DNA of 32,000 nucleotides from Methanocaldococcus jannaschii DSM 2661 (GTDB lineage: Archaea; AGJL01; Methanococci; Methanococcales; Methanocaldococcaceae): NCBI RefSeq assembly GCF_000091665.1, contig NC_000909.1, positions 122,871-154,870 on the forward strand, in the 5' to 3' direction. Positions 1 through 8,358 of the stretch are shown piece by piece (the first letter of the stretch is position 1; every line of letters begins with the position of its first letter). Position numbers and translations under genes: made by a program. Under the pieces are notes generated by a model. It worked only from the letters and a program-made list of their open reading frames with translations. It made no database searches and was not told the origin of the DNA.

Positions 1-14
1 ATAGTAGTCAGGGA

Positions 15-119
15 TTATTGATATTCTTTAAAGTTAATGTATTTCTTTCCATCCTCCCATCCAATTTCTTGAAGTTTTTCTTTTATATTCTCAACATCTA
101 AATATTCTTCTCTTATCAT
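15..119 (-). CDS. Small hypothetical ORF, 34 aa (MIREEYLDVENIKEKLQEIGWEDGKKYINFKEYQ)
   Basis: Hand-translated. ATG at 119-117 has GGGGAT (SD-like) 4 nt upstream; stop at 17-15. Shorter than the ORF-track cut-off. No family recognised. Confidence 0.2.
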   Translation of the reverse strand: MIREEYLDVENIKEKLQEIGWEDGKKYINFKEYQ

Positions 120-156
120 AATAATCCCCACATTAGAATAATCAAAGAATCAATAT

Positions 157-507
157 TTATTTTTCTTCAAGGTCTTTTATAATCTTTTCAAACTCTTTCT
201 TTATCTCTGGAATTTCATATTTTGCAGTTTCCCAAACTGTTAAATAATCTACACCAAAATATTGGTGGATTAATTTATCCCTCATTCCAGCCAATTCTTT
301 AAATGGGATGTGTGGATATTTTTCTCTAATATCCTTTGGTATCTTTTTAACTGCCTCTCCAATAACTTCTAAGCATCTAATAACTGCGTATTTTATTGCT
401 TTATTGTTTATAAACTCCTCATAATCCATATCTTTAGTGAAGTTAATTATATCATCCATGTAGGATAAAATATCATATAAAAATGCCTTTATATCTCTCT
501 TCGGCAT
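157..507 (-). CDS. hepT: HepT-type HEPN toxin (DUF86), pair A
   Basis: 116 aa. RX4HXY HEPN motif within MRDKLIHQYF. Lies 10 nt downstream of an MNT gene on the same strand. Paralogous to 798..1163. Confidence 0.85.
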   Translation of the reverse strand: MPKRDIKAFLYDILSYMDDIINFTKDMDYEEFINNKAIKYAVIRCLEVIGEAVKKIPKDIREKYPHIPFKELAGMRDKLIHQYFGVDYLTVWETAKYEIPEIKKEFEKIIKDLEEK

Positions 508-517
508 TTAACCACCA

Positions 518-826
518 TTAAATATAAATTAAATCTTCTTCAATGGATTTTTTTACATAAGGGTTGTGAATAGAGTTTTTTGTAATTAAATCAACTTTAA
601 TTTCCAATAAATCTGATAGATAATTCTCCAACTCTATCAATTTTAATAAACTTATTGGCTCATAGTAGTCAATTAATATGTCTATGTCTGAGGTTTCAGT
701 TTGTTCATTTCTTGCATAAGAGCCAAATATGGCTATAGATTTAACTTTATATTTTTCTTTTAATTCTTTTTTATGTTTCCTTAAGATTTCTTTTATTTCA
801 GATAGAGTTTTCATCCTCTCCCTCAA
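518..826 (-). CDS. mntA: MntA-type minimal nucleotidyltransferase antitoxin, pair A
   Basis: GSYARNEQTETSDIDIL matches the GSxxR...SDxD minimal NTase motif. The true start is probably ATG 814 (MKTLSEIK...), which aligns with the paralogue at 1470. Overlaps the 3' end of the upstream HEPN gene. Confidence 0.85.
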   Translation of the reverse strand: MRERMKTLSEIKEILRKHKKELKEKYKVKSIAIFGSYARNEQTETSDIDILIDYYEPISLLKLIELENYLSDLLEIKVDLITKNSIHNPYVKKSIEEDLIYI

Positions 827-1163
827 TGTCTTTTATAATTTCCTCTATTTCTTTTATATCGTTTGGAACTTTATTAATTACAATATCCCAAATAATCTCA
901 TAATTTATTCCAAAATAATGATGAATTAACTTATCTCTTAACCTTGCCATGCCTTTCCACGGAACTTGTGGATATTTATTTATAAAATCTTCTGGAAGAT
1001 TTTTAACTGCCTCACCAATAACTTCTAAACTTCTAATCACTGCTTTTTGTGTCTTTTTATCTTTTAAAAACTCATCAAATGTCATATCATTTGTGAAATC
1101 GATGATATCTTTCATATTCTCTAAGATGTCATATAAAAATGCTCTAACATCTTTTTTAGGCAT
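798..1163 (-). CDS. hepT: HepT-type HEPN toxin (DUF86), pair B
   Basis: 121 aa. RX4HXY motif within LRDKLIHHYF. Lies 10 nt downstream of MNT 1174..1470. Confidence 0.85.
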   Translation of the reverse strand: MPKKDVRAFLYDILENMKDIIDFTNDMTFDEFLKDKKTQKAVIRSLEVIGEAVKNLPEDFINKYPQVPWKGMARLRDKLIHHYFGINYEIIWDIVINKVPNDIKEIEEIIKDIEGEDENSI

Positions 1164-1173
1164 TTAATCACCA

Positions 1174-1470
1174 CTATACATAAATTAAATCCTCTTCAAT
1201 AGATTTTTTAATATAAGGATTTTTTATCGCTCCTTTAATAACTAAATCTACTTTAATTCCTAATAAATCTGATAGATAATCCTCCAACTCAAAGAATTTG
1301 AGATAGTCAGGAGTTTCATAAAATTCCACTAAAATGTCTATATCGCTTTTTTCTGTCTGTTCATTTCTTGCATAACTTCCAAATATAGCAATAGATTTGA
1401 CTTTATATTTTTCTTTGAGTATTTTTTTATGCTTTCTTAGGATATCTTTTATTTCAGAGATGGTTTTCAT
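1174..1470 (-). CDS. mntA: MntA-type minimal nucleotidyltransferase antitoxin, pair B
   Basis: GSYARNEQTEKSDIDIL motif. The N-terminal about 45 aa are nearly identical to 518..826. Confidence 0.85.
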   Translation of the reverse strand: MKTISEIKDILRKHKKILKEKYKVKSIAIFGSYARNEQTEKSDIDILVEFYETPDYLKFFELEDYLSDLLGIKVDLVIKGAIKNPYIKKSIEEDLIYV

Positions 1471-1615
1471 AGTTTCACCAAATTTTTATTAATAATAAAA
1501 TTTTATTTTAAGAATTTAAGTTTTTCCTTGTTTTCCAACTTTAACAATTAGAGAAAAATTTTAAATATTATGTAGTAATTAACTTAAAATAAAGTTTCTT
1601 TATATAAATGGTGCT

Positions 1616-2128
1616 ATGTTATCTTTTGTTGTTATGTCATTCTTAATTTTTGTGATAGTTATGGTTAATGAACATAAAGCTCATCTTTCAGTGATTCAAA
1701 AGATGATATTGGCAGTTGTAAATGGTAGTATTACCATTATACTATCGATAATTGTATTTTATATCTTCTACCCGCAAAATATTAGCTTATTTCTTATTAC
1801 TGCTGGGATTTTAACGGTTTTTGTATTTTTGTATGGTTTGCTTCTATTTTTATTTGGATTTACTCATAGAGAGCTGTCTTATCTATCAAAATATGATAAA
1901 TACAAATTTTTATGTAAATTCACAATTGAAATGTTTTCATCTTTAACAAATCATGCATTTTTAACAATATCCGCAATTGTTTTATACCAAATACAACATC
2001 CAAAGCCTACAATTGATTTTATAGTTATGATTGGAATGATAACAATCTCAGTAATTGTTGTTATGTTGTTATTTCTAAAAACTTACTCTATTATAATAAA
2101 ACAACTTAAAAAATTAGAAAATAATTAA
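1616..2128 (+). CDS. Hypothetical polytopic membrane protein (170 aa)
   Basis: Four to five long hydrophobic segments. GGTG SD 3 nt upstream of ATG 1616. No family recognised. Confidence 0.55.
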   Translation: MLSFVVMSFLIFVIVMVNEHKAHLSVIQKMILAVVNGSITIILSIIVFYIFYPQNISLFLITAGILTVFVFLYGLLLFLFGFTHRELSYLSKYDKYKFLCKFTIEMFSSLTNHAFLTISAIVLYQIQHPKPTIDFIVMIGMITISVIVVMLLFLKTYSIIIKQLKKLENN

Positions 2129-2241
2129 CTTACCTCCTTTTCTATCTTACTGACATTATAGTAAAAAAGAACTGCCACACTAATCATAATAATCCCAATT
2201 GCTATAACTCCAACAACAAATGGATTTAATTCCATAGTCAT
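2125..2241 (-). CDS. Small single-TM protein, 38 aa (MTMELNPFVVGVIAIGIIMISVAVLFYYNVSKIEKEVS)
   Basis: Hand-translated. GAGGT SD directly upstream. One clear hydrophobic helix. Stop overlaps the convergent stop of 1616..2128. Below the ORF-track cut-off. Confidence 0.35.
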   Translation of the reverse strand: MTMELNPFVVGVIAIGIIMISVAVLFYYNVSKIEKEVS

Positions 2242-2307
2242 CAACCTCTTTTTTGTTATCATTAATTATGTTAAGTTATGGTTTTATATATTGTGGTTGA
2301 TTAAAAT

Positions 2308-3584
2308 CTAAGTTTTTACTCTAACTTTTCCAGTTAATAATAACTCCATAATTTTCTTTTTCATTCTTTGTAGTTTTTCTTTCTTTTGTTTTTTCAATTC
2401 TATGCTTTTATCTACTGAACTTAATATTTTAGCTATTTGTTTTTGCTCTTCTAAAGGAGGGAGAGGGATTTTAAAGTTTTCAAGCATAGATTTTGATAAT
2501 TCTTTAAAAGTGCTTCCCCCACTTAGATTTTCAAGTAAATTTTTTTTAAACTTTAAATAATAAGCATAAAATTCAGTATTAACCGAATCGTTATTTTTTG
2601 GAATAATCCCTTGCAACCTTGATTAAATGTAGATTCTACAGTTAAAACTGCAACATACCCAACTGGTGCTCTTGTTGATATAATAATTGAACCTTTTGGA
2701 ATTAAATTTAAGTTACACTTTTCTAATGCTATTTTTGTTACTTTTCTTTCACTACTTCCAATATAGATTTTTTCATTTAACCTGCTTAAATCCAATGGTG
2801 TTATCCAATTTATTTCTCCATTTTCCCAATATTCTGATTTTTTAGTTGATGGGGTAGTTCCCGTTTTTACTTCAAATATATCTTTAATCTCAAAAACTTC
2901 CCAATCCTCTGGAATCTCCCCAATCTCAGATTTTTTAAATCTACTATGCCCTATTCCCTTAGTTAATAATTTATGCATTAAACCCTTTTTAATCCTCTCC
3001 AATTTATTAATTGATTTCTCAATAATCTCAATACCTTCATCAATTTTAGTTAAAATTTTAGCTATTTGTTTTTGCTCTTCTAATGGAGGGAGAGGGATTT
3101 TAAAACTTTTTACTATTTGAGCATTCAAATTTTTCTGTGTTGTTTGCATTCCTAACTTAGAGTAATAATTTTTATTTTTAGCTAAAATATAATACAAAAA
3201 TTCACTTTCTAAAATATTATCTTTTGGTATTATCCCTAAAATTGCTTGATTTGTGGCTACTTCTATTTTATTTATTGCTGTTTCTCCAATACTTCCATAC
3301 ATAGCAAATAATACAGAATTTTTCGGAACTATCCACGCATTGGAATTATTTAAACCTTCTTCAGTTATTTTTATTTTTGTATTGGTTAAATATTTATTTG
3401 AATTGGTTATATCTTCAATTTTAACAAATGGAATAGTCCCATTTTTATAATATTCTTCTACACTGGTTTTTGGTGTTCCTCCTGCTTTTATTTTTTTACA
3501 AACATCCTTTAGCTCAACAATCTCCCAATCCTCTGGAATCTCTCCAATCTCTGTTTTTTTAAAATTCTCTTCTTTATAGAACAT
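2308..3584 (-). pseudogene. hsdS: Type I R-M specificity subunit HsdS, split by a 1-nt frameshift near 2611-2622 (as sequenced)
   Basis: Two target-recognition domains. The conserved spacer [18 protein letters not shown] occurs twice (about 50-bp direct repeat, 2427-2480 and 3056-3109). ORF 2553..3584 ends ...[10 protein letters not shown] in the wrong frame. ORF 2308..2616 resumes with QGIIPKNN, which parallels [12 protein letters not shown] of TRD1. Adding one T to GGTT would give [12 protein letters not shown] in frame. Confidence 0.85.
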
Positions 3585-3599
3585 AAAAATCCCTCCAAA

Positions 3600-3911
3600 T
3601 TAAATAATTTGAGGAGTATCATTATTTCCAGATAATTTTAAACCAAAAAGCAAACCTATCCATGACGGAACGGTTGTTTGAACTACTAAATAACTCCACT
3701 CAACAACGAAATTACTAAGTAAATTAGCAAATAAATTAACATCCGGATTTTCAAAAATTGTTGGAAAATATCCCGTATATTTCAAATATAATGCCAAAAA
3801 TGGCATTGTCCCCCAAATAAATGCAATAACTCTTCCTATTTTTGTAGTGCTAAGAAATACCCAAATCATAAATTGAATGATAAATATAGTCCAAAATATT
3901 ACACCAGGCAT
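3600..3911 (-). CDS. Hypothetical small membrane protein (103 aa) between hsdM and hsdS
   Basis: Three to four hydrophobic segments. Same strand as the flanking R-M genes, with gaps of 26 nt and 15 nt, so it is probably co-transcribed. Confidence 0.5.
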   Translation of the reverse strand: MPGVIFWTIFIIQFMIWVFLSTTKIGRVIAFIWGTMPFLALYLKYTGYFPTIFENPDVNLFANLLSNFVVEWSYLVVQTTVPSWIGLLFGLKLSGNNDTPQII

Positions 3912-3937
3912 ATTTTCACCAAAAAATAAATTTTTAA

Positions 3938-5681
3938 TTAACTTCCAGCCCTTAAAATTCCCTCAACATATCCAATAACTTCATCTAAAACCTCTTTCTC
4001 CTTCTTCTCAATCTCCTTAAACTCCTCTAACTCCTTCCTTAAATCAATATCCTCCTTCTCCTCAACTGGAAAGACATACAAGCTAACATTCAGATTATAA
4101 TCATTCTTTCTAATCTCCTCTAAATCAACAACTCTGCTAAACCCTTCAATATCCTCCCAATTCTCATAGACATCAACAATCTTATCAATATTCTCCTCCC
4201 CCAATCTATTCAATCTCCTAACCTCTGGATGCTTCTCAAACTCCAAAGATGCATTTATAAATAAAATCTTCCCCTTCCTCTCCTCTGGCTTATTTTTATT
4301 TAAAATCATCACAATTCCTGGAGCTGTAACATTATAAAACAACTTCTCTGGCAATAAAATAATAGCCTCAATTAAATCCTTCTCAACAATCTCCTTCCTT
4401 ATCTTCTTCTCCTTCCCTCCTCTAAATAATGCCCCTGAATCTAAAACAATTCCCACTTTTTTCCTCGCAAAATACAACATCAATTGAACCCATGCCCAAT
4501 CTGCTGACTGCTTAGGAGGATAACCACCTCTAACAAAAGTGTTATAAATCCTCCTAACATCTGGATTTTCCTTTAAAACATCTTCATTATATCCATCCAA
4601 GTTCCATGGTGGATTGGCAATGGTATAATCAACCTCTCCAAATTTTGGGATTTTTTAAGCTATCTCCAATATAAATCTCATACTCCTCACTATCAACTCC
4701 ATGTAATATCAAATTCAACTTTGCCAAAATTGCCATAATCTCATTTCTCTCCTGCCCATAGAGATAAATCTCCCCCCCATAGTTATCTTTAACATACCTA
4801 TAAGATTCAATCAGCATAGTTCCGCTACCACAGGCAGGGTCTAAAACCTCACTATCTTTTTCAATATCCAACAAATTCACTATCAACCTAACAACCTCTA
4901 CTGGAGTATAGACCTCCCCCTCTTTACATTTTTGAGGGGCAAAGTATGACAAAATCCATTGATATGCATCACCAATAGCATCATAATCAATCTCTGAAAA
5001 GTCCATCTCATTATAAACTCTAACCAATTCCTCCAAAATATGCATGTTATCCTCATTAATAAACCCAATAAGCCCCAAAACCTCAACCAATTTAGATAAA
5101 TCTTTTAAATTATCATTAAGATTTGCTATCTTGTTTAATGCATTTGCCAACTCCATTATTGTCTCTCTACTTTTAACAATTTCATGCCAAACATACAACT
5201 TTCCTTCATCTTCATCATAGAGCGTTAAATAACTCCTATTTGCCATTAGATAAGCCTGTGTTTTAGAATATCCCTCACTAACGAATTTCTCAACTAATGC
5301 CAGATATTTATCACTAATTGCCTTATAAAATAAAAATACCAATAACACTTTGTAATCAACACTCGTTCTAATTAAATCTGCACAATATTTTAGATTTCTT
5401 ATTAAATTATCTTTTGTTGGTTTCTTTGCTGATTTAACAAATTGATATAACCTTTTTCTTTTATCCTTAGGGTCTTTCTTTGCTATAATTATTTCCTTTC
5501 TTCTTAAAATAGATAAAAGCTCTTTTGTATTCTCTGCTTCAATTCCTTCTTCTTTTAAAGCTTTATCTGCCTCTTCTAAGGTAAATGGTTCATATTTAAA
5601 CTTTTTAAATAAAATACTTCCTCTTTTTTTAACCCAATTGTCTAAATCTGCAAACTCTAATAGCATTGTATCACCATACAA
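3938..5681 (-). pseudogene. hsdM: Type I R-M N6-adenine methyltransferase HsdM, split by a 1-nt frameshift at the run 4643-4646 (as sequenced)
   Basis: SAM motif I, LDPACGSGTMLI, lies in ORF 4629..5681. The catalytic motif IV, DYTIANPPWN, lies between the two track ORFs in the frame of 3938..4600. Removing one A from CCCAAAATTT gives a continuous GDSLKNPKFGEVDYTIANPPWNLDGYNEDV. The probable true start is ATG 5666, with a GGTGA SD 4 nt upstream. Confidence 0.88.
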
Positions 5682-5684
5682 AAT

Positions 5685-5714
5685 TAGGTAGATAATTTTA
5701 ATTTAATCTACCTA
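5685..5714. promoter_or_regulatory. Perfect 9-bp inverted repeat TAGGTAGAT-N12-ATCTACCTA between a TATA-like box and the hsdM start
   Basis: Read directly from the sequence. On the minus strand the order is TATATATAA (about 5720-5728), the palindrome, GGTGA, then ATG 5666. It could equally be the terminator hairpin of the upstream endonuclease IV-like gene, since a T-run follows it. Confidence 0.3.
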
Positions 5715-5733
5715 TCTCTTATATATACTTTAT

Positions 5734-6555
5734 CTACAACTCATTATAACACTTCATCAACAAAACAGCGTCATACTCCAACATAGGACTTTCACATATA
5801 ACAGTTCCAGAGGCATCAAAATCCTTCAAAGCTTTTAAAACATCTCTATAGTTAAAGTTAGATTCATTTAAAGGCAAATGTCTCCTTTCTCCTCCTTTTC
5901 CATATTCTATTCCAGATAAATGAATATGCATATCTTTTATAGCCTCTTTTCCTAAAACATTCTCAACTTTTTCAAGAATTTTATAAAAAGAGTTGTAATC
6001 GTTTATAACTCCCCTACTTCTTGCATAAATATGGGAGAAATCAATACATGGTAAAATATTCAGCTCAAAGCATAATTTTAGTGTCTCATCAATATCTCCA
6101 AATTGAGTAGTTTTTCCAGTAGTTTCAGGCCTTAGCATAACATTTAAATTTAAAGCCTCTAACTTATCCAAAATTCTCTGAATATTTGATTTTATTCTAT
6201 TGTAGGTTACTTCTTTACTTCTTTTCAAATAATATCCAGGATGAAAAACTAAATTTTTTCCACAATTATTCAAAACCTTAGCAGTTTTAATTATTCTCCT
6301 TATGCTATTCTCTACTTTTTCCTCCTCATTTGCATTAAGATTTATATAGTGAGGGGCATGGGCTGAGAAAATAATATCTTCTCCATACTCTTTCAACTTT
6401 TTAGCATAATCTTCTTTCATATAAACTCCTTTAACAAATTCCAACTCCATAGCTCCTAAATTTAATTTTCTTAAGACATCTACAGCTTTAAATTCATCCT
6501 CTGCAGATATTGGAACTCCAGCAGTGCCAAATATCAACATAATTTCCCTATTCAT
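5734..6555 (-). CDS. Endonuclease IV-like protein (AP endonuclease family 2, xylose-isomerase-like TIM barrel)
   Basis: 273 aa. Metal-ligand-like blocks SAHAPHYINL, VFHPGYY, RPETTGK, IDFSHIY and MHIHLSG follow the family layout. Confidence 0.6.
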   Translation of the reverse strand: MNREIMLIFGTAGVPISAEDEFKAVDVLRKLNLGAMELEFVKGVYMKEDYAKKLKEYGEDIIFSAHAPHYINLNANEEEKVENSIRRIIKTAKVLNNCGKNLVFHPGYYLKRSKEVTYNRIKSNIQRILDKLEALNLNVMLRPETTGKTTQFGDIDETLKLCFELNILPCIDFSHIYARSRGVINDYNSFYKILEKVENVLGKEAIKDMHIHLSGIEYGKGGERRHLPLNESNFNYRDVLKALKDFDASGTVICESPMLEYDAVLLMKCYNEL

Positions 6556-6631
6556 TTTCTTTCTTATCCTCTTTTTCTTCTTTATCTAAAGGCTTAGGGG
6601 GGACTCTTGCAACCGTTATATATCCAGCCAT
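6548..6631 (-). pseudogene. Displaced duplicate of the trmI 3' coding end (reads MAGYITVARVPPKPLDKEEKEDKKENE*)
   Basis: Hand-translated. Aligns codon for codon with the trmI C-terminus GYITVARVPPEPLDREEEKE. Its stop, TAG 6548-6550, overlaps the start of the downstream gene (ATG 6555-6553). Confidence 0.7.
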
Positions 6632-6684
6632 AGGGAAACCCTATTGGGATACCCTAACACCTCCTCGCTTACGCTCGGAGGTGT
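6630..6684. repeat. GC-rich bipartite palindromic element, copy A (possibly one of the published M. jannaschii MJRE palindromic repeats)
   Basis: Hairpin 1 is ATAGGG-AAA-CCCTAT (6630-6644). The linker is TGGGATACCC. Hairpin 2 is ACACCTCC (6657-6664), loop TCGCTTACGCTC, GGAGGTGT (6677-6684). Related copies are at 12177-12237 and, in part, 8332-8358. Confidence 0.75.
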
Positions 6685-6693
6685 AAATTATTT

Positions 6694-7542
6694 TTATTCT
6701 TTCTCTTCTTCTCTATCTAAAGGCTCTGGTGGAACTCTCGCGACAGTTATGTATCCAGTATGTCCAATCATCCTTGTTGATGGCCTAACACCTTTTTCAG
6801 AGATTTCAATCTCTCTCTCAATAATCTCATAGGTGTGGATATCCCAAAATCCTTCCTCTTTAAGCTTCTCTACAGTTTTTTTAACTTGCTCTATGTATGG
6901 GAGATAAGTAACTATTCTCCCCCTCTTTTTGTTTAAAGCCTTTTTTGCATTCTCTACAACATTCCAGGGGTCTGGTAAATCTAAGACAATAACATCAACA
7001 TCCTTCTCATCTATCTTCTCCCTAACATCTCCAATTTTTTGTATGACATTGAATAATCCATCTTCAATTTCAATCTCATCCTCATCATCAAACTCTTCAT
7101 CTAAACCAATAATTTTTTGCCCTTTTTTAATAGCTCCAACTCTCAACAGATTTTTCCTTGCAACTTTGGCAAATTCTGGCCTTATATCATAAGTAATAAC
7201 TTTCCCTGTCTTACCAACAGCATTTGATAGATACATAGTTAAAGCTCCAGAGCCAGTTCCAGCTTCAACTACTGTCTCTCCCTCTCTAATTCCAGCTCTT
7301 GCTATAATAAACCCAATATCTTTTGGTAATAGGGTTGTTACTGTCCTCTTCATTCTCTTTAAGATATCAAACATTGTAGGTTCAACCAAATAGAAAGTAT
7401 GTCCTTTGTGGGATTTTAACTCAACTCCTTCCTCAATATCCTTCATATCTACAATTCCCAAATCTGTTCCAAACTTCTCAACATTCTTTTTTAACAAATA
7501 TCTCTTCCCTCTCTCATCCACTAACAATTTATAAGCAAACAT
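6694..7542 (-). CDS. trmI: tRNA (adenine-N1)-methyltransferase TrmI/Gcd14 family
   Basis: 282 aa. SAM motif VVEAGTGSGALTMYL, DLPDPW catalytic-region motif, and an acidic insertion DEEFDDEDEIEIED. Confidence 0.8.
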   Translation of the reverse strand: MFAYKLLVDERGKRYLLKKNVEKFGTDLGIVDMKDIEEGVELKSHKGHTFYLVEPTMFDILKRMKRTVTTLLPKDIGFIIARAGIREGETVVEAGTGSGALTMYLSNAVGKTGKVITYDIRPEFAKVARKNLLRVGAIKKGQKIIGLDEEFDDEDEIEIEDGLFNVIQKIGDVREKIDEKDVDVIVLDLPDPWNVVENAKKALNKKRGRIVTYLPYIEQVKKTVEKLKEEGFWDIHTYEIIEREIEISEKGVRPSTRMIGHTGYITVARVPPEPLDREEEKE

Positions 7543-7546
7543 AATA

Positions 7547-8239
7547 TCACTCTATAATTAGCTTTGTCTGTTTTGATTTATCCAATATCCTTTTACATGT
7601 TTTCCAGTGAGTTCTTGCAATATCAGGAAGTTTTTTATGCTTTTTAAAGTAATCTTCAAGAAACTTTATAGTTTTTGGGTCTGATGGATAACCGCTCCCA
7701 ATATCTCCATAAATTTTTTTGTAGTAGTCTATTATCTCATCCCGTTCTGCCTTTGCTATTATTGAGGCAGCTGAAACAACAGGATACTTAGCATCTGCCT
7801 TATGTTCAGCTATAATTTTTATGTTTAAATTTCTTTCTTTAATTATATCCTCTATCTTATCTTTAAAACTATCCTCAAATTTTTTAGTGTTTGTACTGCA
7901 TGCATCAATATAAATTTCAATTTCATCATCCCTTATATTCAACTTTTCTATCAAATTTTTAGCAACCTTGGAAAAGGCGTTAATTTCAATATCATTTAAG
8001 TTTATTGAGTTCATTAATTGGTTTATTTCCTCTGCTTCTAAGATACGTTTTTCTACATAACCCAAATTTTCAAGTAACTTTTTTAGATAAGCCCTTTTAT
8101 TTTTAGTTAGCTCCTTACTATCTTTAACTCCCAATTTCTTTAATTCCTCTTCTCTCTCTTTTTCAATTGCAAAAGCACAAACAACCATTGGACCCAAAAC
8201 AGGCCCTCTTCCAGCTTCATCAATACCAATAATTATCAT
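7547..8239 (-). CDS. rnhB: Ribonuclease HII
   Basis: 230 aa. IIGIDEAGRGPVLGPMVV N-terminal active-site block, VSAASIIAK, and GSGYPSDP. Confidence 0.9.
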   Translation of the reverse strand: MIIIGIDEAGRGPVLGPMVVCAFAIEKEREEELKKLGVKDSKELTKNKRAYLKKLLENLGYVEKRILEAEEINQLMNSINLNDIEINAFSKVAKNLIEKLNIRDDEIEIYIDACSTNTKKFEDSFKDKIEDIIKERNLNIKIIAEHKADAKYPVVSAASIIAKAERDEIIDYYKKIYGDIGSGYPSDPKTIKFLEDYFKKHKKLPDIARTHWKTCKRILDKSKQTKLIIE

Positions 8240-8290
8240 AATTGCACCTCTTTTTTAAAACGAAATCTAAAAGTATTACATAGCTAAATT

Positions 8291-8358
8291 GGACATTAAT
8301 TGGGGCTGAAAGCCCCAACTTAATGGACGTCGGGTATCCCAATAGGGCGGAGCCCTAT
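8291..8358. repeat. GC-rich palindromic element, copy B (inverted relative to copies A and C, with a different second hairpin)
   Basis: Extended hairpin CATTAATTGGGGC-TGAAA-GCCCCAACTTAATG (8294-8325), then GGGTATCCCA, then ATAGGGC-GGA-GCCCTAT (8342-8358). Positions 8291-8322 are an exact inverted copy of 20803-20834. Confidence 0.75.

Noticed and set aside
1471-1520. AT-rich quasi-palindrome AAATTTTTATTAATAATAAAATTT upstream of the MNT/HEPN operon as an autoregulatory operator
   Set aside because: It is imperfect, and in a region that is almost pure A/T such symmetry is expected by chance.
4643-4646. Frameshifts in hsdM and hsdS as programmed phase variation
   Set aside because: The runs involved are only 2-4 nt, far shorter than typical contingency-locus homopolymers. 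Mutation or sequencing error is more parsimonious. This is kept as a finding, but not as phase variation.
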